This document shows positions 19,074 through 28,291 of a stretch of 64,000 nucleotides of DNA, one piece after another. Both the position numbers and the translations under genes were made by a program. The notes under the pieces were generated by a model. It saw only the letters and a list, made by a program, of their open reading frames with translations. It searched no databases and was not told where the DNA came from. The first letter of the stretch is position 1, and every line of letters starts with the position of its first letter. The DNA comes from Holophagales bacterium UBA5066 (GTDB lineage: Bacteria > Acidobacteriota > Thermoanaerobaculia > UBA5066), in the NCBI GenBank assembly GCA_002414905.1, contig DIAY01000107.1, positions 11,009 to 75,008 of the forward strand, in the 5' to 3' direction.

Positions 19074-20357
19074 CTACATCCGTCCCATGCCCCGGGACCC
19101 GCCGCTGCTGCCGCCCGAGCTCGCCATCGCCCGGGCCGTCGCCAGGCCGATGACGACCTCGTCGCCGTCCTTCAGCGAGTCGCTTTCGACCGCGGTCACG
19201 TTTCCGTCCGTGAGGGCCGTCTTCACGTGCACCGCGCGGAGCTTGCCGGTCGGGAGCTCGACGTAAACGTCTGCGCCTCGCGACGGGCCCTTGCGGCCGC
19301 CACCCGGACGGCCGGAGGCATCTCCTGGGCGGCCAGGGGCGCCGCCGCTCCTCGCTCCAGCCGGCACCGCTGCTTCGTCTCCCTTCGGCTCGCCCGGCTT
19401 CTCACCGGTCTTCGTCGCGTCCTTCTTCCCACCGTTCTCGAGGTCGGCCGGGTCGGGCCGGAATCTCAGCGCCGCGTTCGGAACGCGCAGCACGTCCTCC
19501 CTGCGGTCGACGGGGAGGAGGACGTTCGCGGTCATGCCGGGACGCAGCTTCAGCTCGGGATTGGACACGTCGAGAAGGACCGGGTACGTCACGACGTTCT
19601 GCACCGTCTGCGGCGAAAGACGGATCTGGGAGACGTTGCCGCGAAACGGGCGGTCGGGAAATGCGTCGACGGAGAAGGTCGCTTCCTGCCCGACCCGCAC
19701 CCGTCCGATGTCGGCCTCGTCGATGTTCGTGAGGACCTGCATCTTCGTGAGGTCCTGCGCGATCGTGAACAGGACGGGCGCCTGGAACGAGGCGGCGACG
19801 GTCTGACCGATGTCGTACTCGCGGTCGACGACGACGCCGTCGATCGGAGAGGTGATCCGCGTGTAGGCGAGGTTCGTCTCGGCCTGCCGGAGGGCCGCCG
19901 TCGACTGCTCCACCGTCGCCGCCGCGCCGTCACGGTTCGCCTTGGCCGTGTCGTACTCCGACTGCGCCTGCAGCTGCGCATCGAGGAGCTTCTTGGCGCG
20001 CGCCAGGACGAGCTCGGCGTTTCGCAGCTCGACCTTCGCCCTCTCCAGGTCGGCCCTCCGCTGATCGACCGAGGTCTGGAAGGGGGTCGGGTCGAGCCCG
20101 GCGAGGAGCTGGCCCTTCTTCACCTCGGAGTTGAAGTCGGCGTGCAGGCTCGCGATGATCCCGGAAACCTGGCTCCCGACCTTGACGGTCGTCACGGCCG
20201 AGAGGGTTCCCGTCGCGGTGACGGTCGCAACGACATCGCCCCTCGTCACCTTCTCCTTGCGAAACTTCGGGCCGCTCGCCTTCTCTCTGGAGACGAGCAG
20301 GACGCCCCCCGCCACGACGGCGACGACGACCACCGCTCCGATCAGGACCTTTTTCAT
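19074..20357 (-). CDS. macA: Efflux transporter periplasmic adaptor (HlyD/MacA family)
   Basis: 427 aa from the internal ATG at 20357 (MKKVLIGAVVVVAVVAGG...). Lipoyl/hairpin/beta-barrel adaptor pattern, with a Gly/Pro-rich C-terminal tail. The longer ORF to 20645 overlaps the upstream gene. Confidence 0.85.
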   Translation of the reverse strand: MKKVLIGAVVVVAVVAGGVLLVSREKASGPKFRKEKVTRGDVVATVTATGTLSAVTTVKVGSQVSGIIASLHADFNSEVKKGQLLAGLDPTPFQTSVDQRRADLERAKVELRNAELVLARAKKLLDAQLQAQSEYDTAKANRDGAAATVEQSTAALRQAETNLAYTRITSPIDGVVVDREYDIGQTVAASFQAPVLFTIAQDLTKMQVLTNIDEADIGRVRVGQEATFSVDAFPDRPFRGNVSQIRLSPQTVQNVVTYPVLLDVSNPELKLRPGMTANVLLPVDRREDVLRVPNAALRFRPDPADLENGGKKDATKTGEKPGEPKGDEAAVPAGARSGGAPGRPGDASGRPGGGRKGPSRGADVYVELPTGKLRAVHVKTALTDGNVTAVESDSLKDGDEVVIGLATARAMASSGGSSGGSRGMGRM

Positions 20358-20361
20358 CGAA

Positions 20362-21435
20362 TCAGCCTTTCCCTCCCCGGCCGGCGCCGGGAGACGTCGC
20401 GAACGGGAACCGGACGACCAGACCGAGCCGGAACGCGTTGACAGTCCGAACGGATTCCCCGTTCTGGATTCGCCGCGCGGAATACTCGACAGTGGCCTCG
20501 ATCCCCTTCCGGCCGATCCAGACGGCCGCGGGTTGGTGAATTCTCTCGCTCGAATCGGCGCTCGTGTAGCGCCACTCGCTGTAGGTGTAGCGGAAAATGA
20601 CCGTCGGGAGCTCGAACAGGAACGCCCCGCGCCAGGCGCGGCCATCCGTTTCGGCCACGGGGCGATACTCCCCGTCGGCCGGGTCGTCCGCCGCCCGGAC
20701 GAGCGCCTGAAGCTCCACGGAGAGCGGCCCGAACGTCGCCGTCACGTCGGCGCTCGCGTCGCTTCGCCGGTACTCGGCACGGCCGTCGGACGGGACGATC
20801 CGGGCCGTTCCGCCCGAAAGGCCGGGACGGAGAGTCCAGAGCCCCTTGTTGTGGAGGTAGGAGACCCGGCCTGAAAAGCCGTCGCGAAGGGAAGCGGCCG
20901 GATCGGATTCGACGCCCTTCCCTTCCTCCTCCCAGGCAACGTGGTCGTTCTGGCCGACCCAGCGGGCCGTCCAGTCGATCGTATGCCAGCCGAGCGGCCG
21001 GCTCCCCACGATCTGGACGCCCCAGTCGGGGTTTCGGTTGATCCCGTTGAGAGAGAAGAGGTCACCGCCGAAGGTCTCGTCCGCAAGTCCGATGATGCTC
21101 TCGACCTTTCCGACGCGGACCTCGCCCGCGGGCGTGTCGACGAACGCGTAGCCCTCCTCGAGCCAGATCGGGCCGGGAAAATAGCCGCGAAAGAGCCCTT
21201 CGCGCCCGCGCAGCTCCATGCGGGCACCCCACCCCTTCTCCCGGTAAGCGGCCGTCACGAAGGCATAGAAAAGCTCCACCTCACGCTGGTCGCGGTCCCC
21301 CGTCGGCTCGAAGGCCGACAGAGCTGCGCCGAGGACAAAGCGCGGCGACTCGTCCGCCGGCGGTTCGGCGGCGACGAAGCCCGGGAGGAGGAGGAGAGCC
21401 GGGACGAGCGCCCGGAGGCTGCGGAGAACTCTCAA
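20362..21435 (-). CDS. Hypothetical outer-membrane (beta-barrel-like) protein, first gene of the macAB operon
   Basis: The TTG 21435 start gives MRVLRSLRALVPALLLLPGFVAA-EPP (signal peptide). The body has alternating aromatic/hydrophilic beta-strand-like sequence with many W/Y/F/R, and a near-terminal ...RLGLVVRFPF motif. No TolC-like features that I can recognise. Confidence 0.6.
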   Translation of the reverse strand: MRVLRSLRALVPALLLLPGFVAAEPPADESPRFVLGAALSAFEPTGDRDQREVELFYAFVTAAYREKGWGARMELRGREGLFRGYFPGPIWLEEGYAFVDTPAGEVRVGKVESIIGLADETFGGDLFSLNGINRNPDWGVQIVGSRPLGWHTIDWTARWVGQNDHVAWEEEGKGVESDPAASLRDGFSGRVSYLHNKGLWTLRPGLSGGTARIVPSDGRAEYRRSDASADVTATFGPLSVELQALVRAADDPADGEYRPVAETDGRAWRGAFLFELPTVIFRYTYSEWRYTSADSSERIHQPAAVWIGRKGIEATVEYSARRIQNGESVRTVNAFRLGLVVRFPFATSPGAGRGGKG

Positions 21436-21443
21436 GCCGCTCG

Positions 21444-21449
21444 ATGATA
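21444..21449 (-). promoter_or_regulatory. Putative -10 box TATCAT, 8 nt upstream of TTG 21435
   Basis: The minus strand reads TATCAT-CGAGCGGC-TTG. It lies in the 55-bp gap after the upstream membrane-protein gene. Confidence 0.4.
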
Positions 21450-21490
21450 CGGCTCGCGGATCGAGAGGTTCTCGCGCAGGGCGCGCCCGC

Positions 21491-22360
21491 TCAGGTGGGC
21501 AGCTCGTCTGAGAGGGCCGCGAAGCGGGCCGCACGCCCCTCGACGACCCTTCTCACGCGCGTCCGGAACGCGAGGACCTCGAGCTGCCGGAGCCGGATCG
21601 CCTCTCCGCTGCGCCGCCGCTGCTGCTGCCTCGCGACGGCCAGGAGAAGTGCGCTCCGCACGTATTCCCTCCGCTCGTCGGCGCGACCGAACCGCGGCTC
21701 CCGCCAGCGCCGCCAGGGGTTCACGAGGACGGCGAGGTCCTCGTCGGGAAGGATTCCGAGGCGTGCCTCCTCGGAAAGCTCGCGCCCGACGCGCCGGCGC
21801 TCGAGGAGAACGGGACCGGCCCAGACGAGAATGCTGACCAGGAGGCCCAGCGCGGGTCCGGCATGACGGAAGCGGACCGGGAGCGCCTCGCCCATCGCGA
21901 CGAGCCCTCCCGAAACGAGGCCTGGAAGCGTCACCGCGCTCGCCCACGCGAGCCCCCGTCGCCAGCCGGCCTCCGTGTTCGCGCGGCAGCCCTCGGCCCC
22001 GTACGTCGAAAGCGCGGCCGCGACCGCCGCCCCTCCCAGGAGCGCACCGTCGAGCCCCGCCCCGCGGAACGCGAGGCCCGCGACGACGCCGGCACCCGCC
22101 GAGAGTGCGGCCGACGACGTCGCCGCTTCCGCGGTGAGCGGCGAGTGGCGGTTCGCCCCGAGGAGCGCCAGCAGGAGCGCCGCCACGAAGAGCCCGGTAC
22201 CGAGGACAACGGGTTGCGGAAGCGGATGGGACCAGGGACCGAATGCGGCGGCCGCGCCGGCCAGCCCCGCGACCGCCGCCCCCTTCGGGCCGCGCGCCCG
22301 GCGGGCCGCACCGAGGGCGAGGAGGAGCAGTACGACCCGGGCGGCGAGGACGGGGATCAA
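21491..22360 (-). CDS. Hypothetical polytopic membrane protein with charged C-terminal domain
   Basis: About 289 aa from TTG 22360, which forms TTGA with the ribF stop. It has several Ala/Gly/Leu-rich hydrophobic segments, then an Arg-rich soluble tail (…VNPWRRWREPRFGRADERREYVRSALLLAV…). The rest of the 21491-22951 ORF overlaps ribF. Confidence 0.55.
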   Translation of the reverse strand: MIPVLAARVVLLLLALGAARRARGPKGAAVAGLAGAAAAFGPWSHPLPQPVVLGTGLFVAALLLALLGANRHSPLTAEAATSSAALSAGAGVVAGLAFRGAGLDGALLGGAAVAAALSTYGAEGCRANTEAGWRRGLAWASAVTLPGLVSGGLVAMGEALPVRFRHAGPALGLLVSILVWAGPVLLERRRVGRELSEEARLGILPDEDLAVLVNPWRRWREPRFGRADERREYVRSALLLAVARQQQRRRSGEAIRLRQLEVLAFRTRVRRVVEGRAARFAALSDELPT

Positions 22361-23343
22361 CAGCCACCCCGGGAGAGGAACCAGAGCCGGGTCGCTTCCA
22401 CGTCGCGCCGGATCTGTGCGGTCAGCTCGAGCATGGACGGGAAGACCATCTCGTCGCGCAGGCGCTCGAAAAATGAGAGCCGGATCGGCTCGCCGTAGAC
22501 GTCGGAGGAGAAGTCCAGGATGTAGGACTCCACGGTCGTCGCGTAGTCCTCGTAGACCGTCGGCCGGCGACCGATGTTCGTGACGCAGGTGAAGGTCCGC
22601 TCGAAAGAGCGGAGAAGCACCTCCGTGACGTAGACGCCGTCGCGCGGGTAGAGCTCGTTTTCGGACTTCAGGTTGATCGTCGGAAAGCCGATCTTCCGCC
22701 CCATCCGGTCCCCCTTCGCGATGACGCCCTCCATCGCGAAAGGGCGCCCGAGGAGGCGCCGCGCCTCGGAGACGTTTCCCACCTCCAGGAGGCTGCGAAC
22801 CCGCGTCGAGGAGACCGCCTCTCCGTCCTCGGAGACGACGTCGAGCGGCACGACCCGGATGCCGGCCTCCTCGCCCAACCGCGAGAGGAGCGCGACGTTG
22901 CCACGCTTCCCGCAGCCGAACGCGAAGGCGGACCCCACGTGGACCTCGCACGCTCCGAGCGCGCTGCCGAGGAGGTCGCAGACGAACTCCTCGGCTGGCA
23001 TGGCGGCAAACTCCCGGGTGAAGGGAACGACGACGAGGGCGTCGATGCCGAGGGCGTCGATCGCCTCTTCACGCTGCCGAAGCGTCTGGATCAGTTTCGG
23101 CGCGCGCTGCGGGTGGAGCAGCCTCGCCGGATGCGGGTCGAACGTCAGCACGACCGAGGGCCGGTCGAGCTCCCGTGCCCGGCCGACGACGCGACGAAGC
23201 ATCGCCTGGTGGCCGACGTGGACACCGTCGAAATTTCCGATCGTCACGACGCCTCCGCGGGGGAGGTCCGAACGCCGGAGCGGATCGACGTAGACGTTCA
23301 CGGCGGGCGCAGGCTCAGGCGACGACCCGCCCCACGAGGTCAT
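22357..23343 (-). CDS. ribF: Bifunctional riboflavin kinase / FMN adenylyltransferase
   Basis: VVTIGNFDGVHVGHQAML (FAD synthetase motif) and a C-terminal riboflavin kinase domain (GFPTINL...YPRDGVY...RLSFFERLRDE). ATG 23343 overlaps rimO by 29 nt. GTG 23301 is an alternative start. Confidence 0.88.
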   Translation of the reverse strand: MTSWGGSSPEPAPAVNVYVDPLRRSDLPRGGVVTIGNFDGVHVGHQAMLRRVVGRARELDRPSVVLTFDPHPARLLHPQRAPKLIQTLRQREEAIDALGIDALVVVPFTREFAAMPAEEFVCDLLGSALGACEVHVGSAFAFGCGKRGNVALLSRLGEEAGIRVVPLDVVSEDGEAVSSTRVRSLLEVGNVSEARRLLGRPFAMEGVIAKGDRMGRKIGFPTINLKSENELYPRDGVYVTEVLLRSFERTFTCVTNIGRRPTVYEDYATTVESYILDFSSDVYGEPIRLSFFERLRDEMVFPSMLELTAQIRRDVEATRLWFLSRGGC

Positions 23344-24667
23344 AGTCGTGCGCTTCCGTCACCCGGACCTTCACGATGGCGCCGGGGCGCGGGACGAATC
23401 CCTCGGGCACGTCGTTGACCAGGAGCTTCCCGTCGATCTCGGGCGCCTGACGCTTCAGGCGTCCCTCGAGGAGGAGGTCCGATTCGGCAGAGACCCCTTC
23501 GAGGATTGCCTCGTGGACCTTCCCCTTCAGGAGGCGGTTCTTCCGGCGGGAGATCTCGCGCTGGGCCTCCATGACGGCCGCGCAGCGCTCGCCTTTCACT
23601 CTGGCAGGGATCGGGTCTCCCAGGCCCTCGGCGCCGGACCCGGGTTCCGGCGAGTAGGGGAAGACGCCGAGGTGGTCAACCTCGACCTCCTTCACGAAGG
23701 AAAGGAGCTCCTCGAAGTCGGCCTCGGTCTCGGACGGGAATCCGGCGATGAACGTCGTTCGCAGGGCGATCCCCGGAACCGTCTCCCGCATGCCGGCGAA
23801 CATACGGGCGTAGCTCTCCGGATCGCCACCCCGGCGCATCGCGGCGAGGACACGGCGAGACACGTGCTGGAGCGGGATGTCGACGTACGGGACGAAGCGG
23901 GGCTCCTCGGCCATGAGCGCGAGGACCGACTCGTGCAGCGTCCTCGGGTAGGCATAGAGGAAGCGGATCCACGGAAAGCCCGTCTCGGCGAGGAGCGTCC
24001 GCACGAGCGTGGCGAGCCCCTCCCGCCCGAGCCCGGCGTCCTCGCCATAGCGGGTCGTGTCCTGCGAGATCAGGACGAGCTCGGAGACCCCCTGGGCCTC
24101 GAGCGAGAGCGCCTCGCGGACGAGCGACTCGACGCTGCGCGACCGCTGGAGCCCGCGCATCTGCGGGATGGTGCAGAACGTGCAGGGGTTGTTGCACCCC
24201 TCGGCGACCTTCAGGTAGGCATAGCCTCGCCGTCCCGTCAGGACGCGCGGCGCCAGGTCGTCGTAGAGACGCGTGGCGAGCGGCTTGACCGTGAAACGCG
24301 GGAGCGACGGGAGCCCGAGCGCCGCGGCCGGCGCCTTTTCGAGCTCGTCGAGCCCGATGAAGTGGTCGACCTCCGGGATCTCCGCCGCCAGCTCGGCGCC
24401 GTACTTCTGGACCATGCACCCCGCGACGACCACCCGGTCGATCTCCCCCGCCTCCTTGCGCCGGACCTGCTCGAGGACGGCGTTCACCGACTCCTCCTTG
24501 GCCTGGTCGATGAACCCGCAGGTGTTGACGATGACGACCCGGGAGGTGTCCGGGTCGCCGAGCGCCAGCCCCTCGCGCTGGAGATAGCCCAGCATCACCT
24601 CGGTGTCGACGAGGTTCTTCGGGCAGCCGAGGGAGACGATTCCGACGGAGGGGAGCTTCAGGGTCAT
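23315..24667 (-). CDS. rimO: Ribosomal protein S12 methylthiotransferase
   Basis: 450 aa. N-terminal UPF0004 domain (VGIVSLGCPKNLVDTEVM...VVIVNTCGFI), radical-SAM CNNPCTFC motif, and a C-terminal TRAM domain. Confidence 0.88.
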   Translation of the reverse strand: MTLKLPSVGIVSLGCPKNLVDTEVMLGYLQREGLALGDPDTSRVVIVNTCGFIDQAKEESVNAVLEQVRRKEAGEIDRVVVAGCMVQKYGAELAAEIPEVDHFIGLDELEKAPAAALGLPSLPRFTVKPLATRLYDDLAPRVLTGRRGYAYLKVAEGCNNPCTFCTIPQMRGLQRSRSVESLVREALSLEAQGVSELVLISQDTTRYGEDAGLGREGLATLVRTLLAETGFPWIRFLYAYPRTLHESVLALMAEEPRFVPYVDIPLQHVSRRVLAAMRRGGDPESYARMFAGMRETVPGIALRTTFIAGFPSETEADFEELLSFVKEVEVDHLGVFPYSPEPGSGAEGLGDPIPARVKGERCAAVMEAQREISRRKNRLLKGKVHEAILEGVSAESDLLLEGRLKRQAPEIDGKLLVNDVPEGFVPRPGAIVKVRVTEAHDYDLVGRVVA

Positions 24668-24713
24668 TCGAGGGTTCCTCGGACGGCGCTATCGACCGCC
24701 GCGCGAACCTTTG

Positions 24714-24719
24714 ATTGTA
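24714..24719 (-). promoter_or_regulatory. Putative -10 box TACAAT for rimO (leadered)
   Basis: TACAAT on the minus strand lies 46 nt upstream of ATG 24667. The leader carries a GAGGA SD 8 nt from the ATG. Confidence 0.4.
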
Positions 24720-24728
24720 CCCGCCGCC

Positions 24729-24758
24729 CTCCTCCGGGGCCTCGAGGCCCCGGAGGAG
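24729..24758. terminator. Perfect 30-bp palindrome (hairpin) downstream of the pheA-aroF fusion gene
   Basis: CTCCTCCGGGGCC-TCGA-GGCCCCGGAGGAG, a 13-bp stem. It lies 31 nt after the stop at 24789 on the minus strand. No U-tract. Confidence 0.55.
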
Positions 24759-24788
24759 AGGAATCCGGGCACTGCGGACGCGCCGGCG

Positions 24789-26852
24789 TCACGGCATCTT
24801 CACGCCCAGGGCCTGGGCAATCCGGCGGAGGTCTCCCATCATCGCGGAGAAGAGGTCGGGCGTCAGGGCCTGGGCACCGTCGCAGAGCGCCTCGGCGGGC
24901 CTCGGGTGGACCTCCACGATCACGCCGTCGGCCCCCGCCGCGAGCGCGGCGCGTGCCATGGGTGCCACGAACGCCGTGACTCCCATCGCGTGTGACGGGT
25001 CGACGATGACCGGCAGGTGGGAACGGGCCTTGAGAACCTGCACCGCCCCGAGGTCGAGGGTGTTTCGCGTCGAGGTCTCGAAGGTCCGGATGCCGCGCTC
25101 GCAGAGGACGACGTGCCGGTTCCCCGCCGAGAGGATGTACTCCGCCGCCAGGAGGAGCTCCTCCACCGAGGACATCATTCCGCGCTTCAGGAGGACCGGA
25201 CGCTTGCTCTGCCCGACTTCCTTCAGGAGCGCGAAGTTCTGCATGTTCCTCGCGCCGATCTGGAGCATGTCAGCCGTCAGCGCCATTTTCTCGACGTCCT
25301 CCGGCGACATCACCTCCGTGACGATCGGCAAGCCGTACTCCTGGCCGGCCCGGACGAGGATGTCGAGCCCCGCCATCCCGAGCCCCTGGAAGGCATAGGG
25401 GCTCGTGCGCGGCTTGAAGACGCCTCCCCTGAGGACCCGGCCGCCCCCTTCCCTCACGATCCGCGCCGCCTCGAAGACCTGGTCTTCGTTCTCGACGGCG
25501 CACGGCCCCGCCACGACGACGAACCCTTCGCCGAAGACGACGTCGCCGACCTTGACGAGCGTGCGGCCGGCCTCGTCGCCGGCACGCCTCGCGGCGAGTG
25601 GATACGCCACCTTGATCTCGGAGGCGAGAGGGGCCACCGCCGGCAGAGGCGGGGCCGCCGGCTCGGCCGGCGAGAGGTCGACGTCCTTCGGGACCTGCAG
25701 GGACGGGTCCGTTTTTCGCGGGTAGCAGCCGAGGACGCGCAGGTACCGGGCATTCCGGCCGATCCCCTCGAGAGCCGTCGCGACGCGCGGCTCCTCCACG
25801 TTCCCTTCGATGTCGACGTAGAACTGGTACTCCCAGGGTGTGTTCTGCATCGAGCGGCTCTCGAGCTTCGTCATGTTCACCGAAGCCCTGGCCAGCTCGG
25901 AGAGGCACCTCTCGAGCGCGCCGTCCTTGTGGTCGGTCACCAGCAGGAGCGAGGTCCGGCAGGGGATCCGGGCGTCGAATCGGAACCGCTTCTTGTGAAC
26001 GACGACGAACCGGGTCTGGTTGTTGCGCTGGTTGGAGACGTCGCGACGGAGGACGACGAGGCCGTGGAGCTCACCCGCCTCGACGCTCGCGATCGCGGCG
26101 TTCTCCTCGCTCCCCAGCTCCTTCACCCTCGAGACGCTCGCGGCCGTATCGAAGAAGCTCTCCGCGGTCGCTCCGGGGAGGCTCTCGAGGAACTCGGAGC
26201 ACTGCATGAGAGCCTGCGGGTGGGAGTAGATCCGCTTCAGGCGGGCCAGCGGGGCCTTCGCGATTCCGAGCAGACAGTGCTCGACCGGCCAGATCTCCTC
26301 GCCCATGATGTGGAGCTTCGACGTCCCGAGCAGACCGTAGGTCTCGTTGATGCTCCCGGCGACCGAATTCTCGAGAGGCAGGATCGCGTAGTCGCACTCG
26401 TCCCTCTCGACGGCGTCGACCGCCTGCCCGAACGAGCGATAGCCGACGAAGATCGGCTCCTCGGGACGGTCCCCGAAGAACTTCCGCCCCGCGAGGTGGC
26501 TGTAGGCGCCTTCGGCCCCCTGGAACGCGACACGCAGGACGTCCGGCTCGGGCGCCTCGTTCGCTTCGCGCGTCAGCCGGCTCTCCTGGCGCCGCACGGA
26601 GGCCTCGATGACGTCGCGGAAGATCTTGACGACGTGGAAGGCGTTCAGGCCCCTCTTCTGGGCCTCCCGGCCGACCCGGGAGAGGAGATCGCGCTCCCGC
26701 TCCAGATCCCTCAGCGAGAGGTCCGGCTCCCGGCTCTTCAGCGCCGCCACCTCGTCGACGACTGCCGACCGCTCGGAGAGGAGGTCGAGGAGCGCCGCGT
26801 CGATCCGGTCGAGCGCCGAACGGACTTTCGGCAGATCGCTCACCGGCTCCAC
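24789..26852 (-). CDS. Fused chorismate mutase / prephenate dehydratase / ACT domain / 3-deoxy-7-phosphoheptulonate (DAHP) synthase (type I-beta-like)
   Basis: About 687 aa from GTG 26852 (or GTG 26843). A CM_2-like helix (LDRIDAALLDLLSERSAVVDEV) is followed by PDT (VAFQGAEGAYSH...TRF) and an ACT region (TSLLLVTDHKDGALERCLSELA). A Pro-rich linker then leads to the DAHPS/KDO8PS-fold domain (VVVAGPCAVENEDQ...KPRTSPYAFQGLG...DPSHA). It is one uninterrupted frame. Confidence 0.8.
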   Translation of the reverse strand: MEPVSDLPKVRSALDRIDAALLDLLSERSAVVDEVAALKSREPDLSLRDLERERDLLSRVGREAQKRGLNAFHVVKIFRDVIEASVRRQESRLTREANEAPEPDVLRVAFQGAEGAYSHLAGRKFFGDRPEEPIFVGYRSFGQAVDAVERDECDYAILPLENSVAGSINETYGLLGTSKLHIMGEEIWPVEHCLLGIAKAPLARLKRIYSHPQALMQCSEFLESLPGATAESFFDTAASVSRVKELGSEENAAIASVEAGELHGLVVLRRDVSNQRNNQTRFVVVHKKRFRFDARIPCRTSLLLVTDHKDGALERCLSELARASVNMTKLESRSMQNTPWEYQFYVDIEGNVEEPRVATALEGIGRNARYLRVLGCYPRKTDPSLQVPKDVDLSPAEPAAPPLPAVAPLASEIKVAYPLAARRAGDEAGRTLVKVGDVVFGEGFVVVAGPCAVENEDQVFEAARIVREGGGRVLRGGVFKPRTSPYAFQGLGMAGLDILVRAGQEYGLPIVTEVMSPEDVEKMALTADMLQIGARNMQNFALLKEVGQSKRPVLLKRGMMSSVEELLLAAEYILSAGNRHVVLCERGIRTFETSTRNTLDLGAVQVLKARSHLPVIVDPSHAMGVTAFVAPMARAALAAGADGVIVEVHPRPAEALCDGAQALTPDLFSAMMGDLRRIAQALGVKMP

Positions 26853-26897
26853 CGTCGCCGCGCCGCCGGCGCGGCCGCACCACCGTCGCGGAGGGGT

Positions 26898-26929
26898 CCG
26901 GGGAAACCGGACGGGACCGGGTTCCCCGG
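26898..26929. repeat. REP-like hairpin related to the 868-1094 array, immediately after the asnS stop
   Basis: CCGGGGAAACCGG-ACGGGA-CCGGGTTCCCCGG, with 12 of 13 positions paired. It shares the GGGGAAACC...GGGTT(T)CCCC core with the tandem array. It starts 2 nt downstream of the asnS stop on the minus strand. Confidence 0.6.
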
Positions 26930-26931
26930 CC

Positions 26932-28239
26932 TCATGGGTAGATCCTGTAGAGCATCCTCGGGTACGGGATGCACTCGCGCAGGTGCGGTACGCCGCACAT
27001 CCAGGCCGTGAAGCGTTCGAGTCCCATGCCGAAGCCCGAGTGCGGGAAGCTCCCGTACTTGCGCACGTCGAGGTACCACTGGAACGCCTCGAGGGGGAGC
27101 TCGTGCTGGCGGATTCGTTCGAGGAGGAGGTCGTGGTCGTGGATCCGCTGCGAGCCACCGATGATCTCGCCGTACCCCTCTGGCGCGAGCAGGTCGAGGC
27201 CGAGGACGACCTCGGGGTCTTTCGGGTCGGGCTGCATGTAGAACGACTTGATCGCCGCCGGGTAGCGCGTGACCATGACAGGCGTGTCGAAGCCTTCGGC
27301 CAGGGCCGTCTCCTCGTCACCTCCGAAGTCGTCCCCGAACTGCACCGGGAAGCCCTTTCCCTTGAGGATTTCCACCGCGTCGCGGTAGTCGATTCGCGGG
27401 AAATCCTTTCCGACCGTCGCCTCGAGCTTCGCCGTGTCCCGCTCGAGGCGCTTGAGGTCCTCCTTCCGGCGGTCCAGGACCCGGGCCGTCAGCTCCTTCA
27501 CGAATTCCTGCGCCAGGTCCATGAGTCCGTCGATCTCGAGGAAAGCGACCTCGGGCTCGACCATCCAGAACTCGCGCAGGTGCCGGCGGGTCTTCGACTT
27601 CTCGGCCCGGAAAGTCGGGCCGAAGCAGTAGACCTTGCCGAGCGCGGCGCAGGCCGGCTCGAGGTAGAGCTGTCCGGACTGGGAGAGGTAGGCCTTCTCG
27701 TCCTCCGTGTACTGCGTCTCGAAGAGGTTCGAGGTCCCCTCGCAGGCGTTCGGCGTCAGGATCGGCGAGTCGATCCTCGTGTAGCCGCGGGAGTGGTAGA
27801 AGTCGTGGATCGCGCTCTCGACCTCGCTGCGGACCTTCAGGATCGCGACCTGCCTGGCGGAACGCAGCCAGAGGTGCCGCTGCGACATCAGGAAGTCGAC
27901 GCCGTGCTCCTTCGGGGTGATCGGCCAGTCGTGGCAAAGCGAGAGGACGGTCAACCCCGTCACGCCCAGCTCGACGCCCCCTTCCTGCCGGGGCGCCTCG
28001 CGCACGACCCCGTTCACCTCGAACGACGACTCCTGCGTCAGCTGCCCGGACGCCTCCCAGACCTCGTCCGGGACTTCCTTCTTCACGACGACGCACTGGA
28101 GGTACCCGGAGCCGTCCCTCAGGACGAGAAAGCGGATCTTCCCGCTGTCGCGCCGGTTGTAGAGCCAGCCCTTCAGCGTGACCGTCTCGCCGATGGAGGA
28201 GGAAAGGCCGGAAATGGAGGGGGTGATGCCGTTCGACAT
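26932..28239 (-). CDS. asnS: Asparagine--tRNA ligase
   Basis: 435 aa. OB-fold N-terminus and a class IIb core with [24 protein letters not shown] and GFGMGLERF motifs. The size is typical of AsnRS. Confidence 0.88.
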   Translation of the reverse strand: MSNGITPSISGLSSSIGETVTLKGWLYNRRDSGKIRFLVLRDGSGYLQCVVVKKEVPDEVWEASGQLTQESSFEVNGVVREAPRQEGGVELGVTGLTVLSLCHDWPITPKEHGVDFLMSQRHLWLRSARQVAILKVRSEVESAIHDFYHSRGYTRIDSPILTPNACEGTSNLFETQYTEDEKAYLSQSGQLYLEPACAALGKVYCFGPTFRAEKSKTRRHLREFWMVEPEVAFLEIDGLMDLAQEFVKELTARVLDRRKEDLKRLERDTAKLEATVGKDFPRIDYRDAVEILKGKGFPVQFGDDFGGDEETALAEGFDTPVMVTRYPAAIKSFYMQPDPKDPEVVLGLDLLAPEGYGEIIGGSQRIHDHDLLLERIRQHELPLEAFQWYLDVRKYGSFPHSGFGMGLERFTAWMCGVPHLRECIPYPRMLYRIYP

Positions 28240-28247
28240 AGGCGCCG

Positions 28248-28253
28248 AATTTA
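28248..28253 (-). promoter_or_regulatory. Putative -10 box TAAATT, 8 nt upstream of the asnS ATG
   Basis: The minus strand reads TAAATT-CGGCGCCT-ATG(28239), with no SD. Confidence 0.35.
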
Positions 28254-28291
28254 GCAGGAGCCGGGTCGAACGACCGGCCGGGCCGGCAGGG

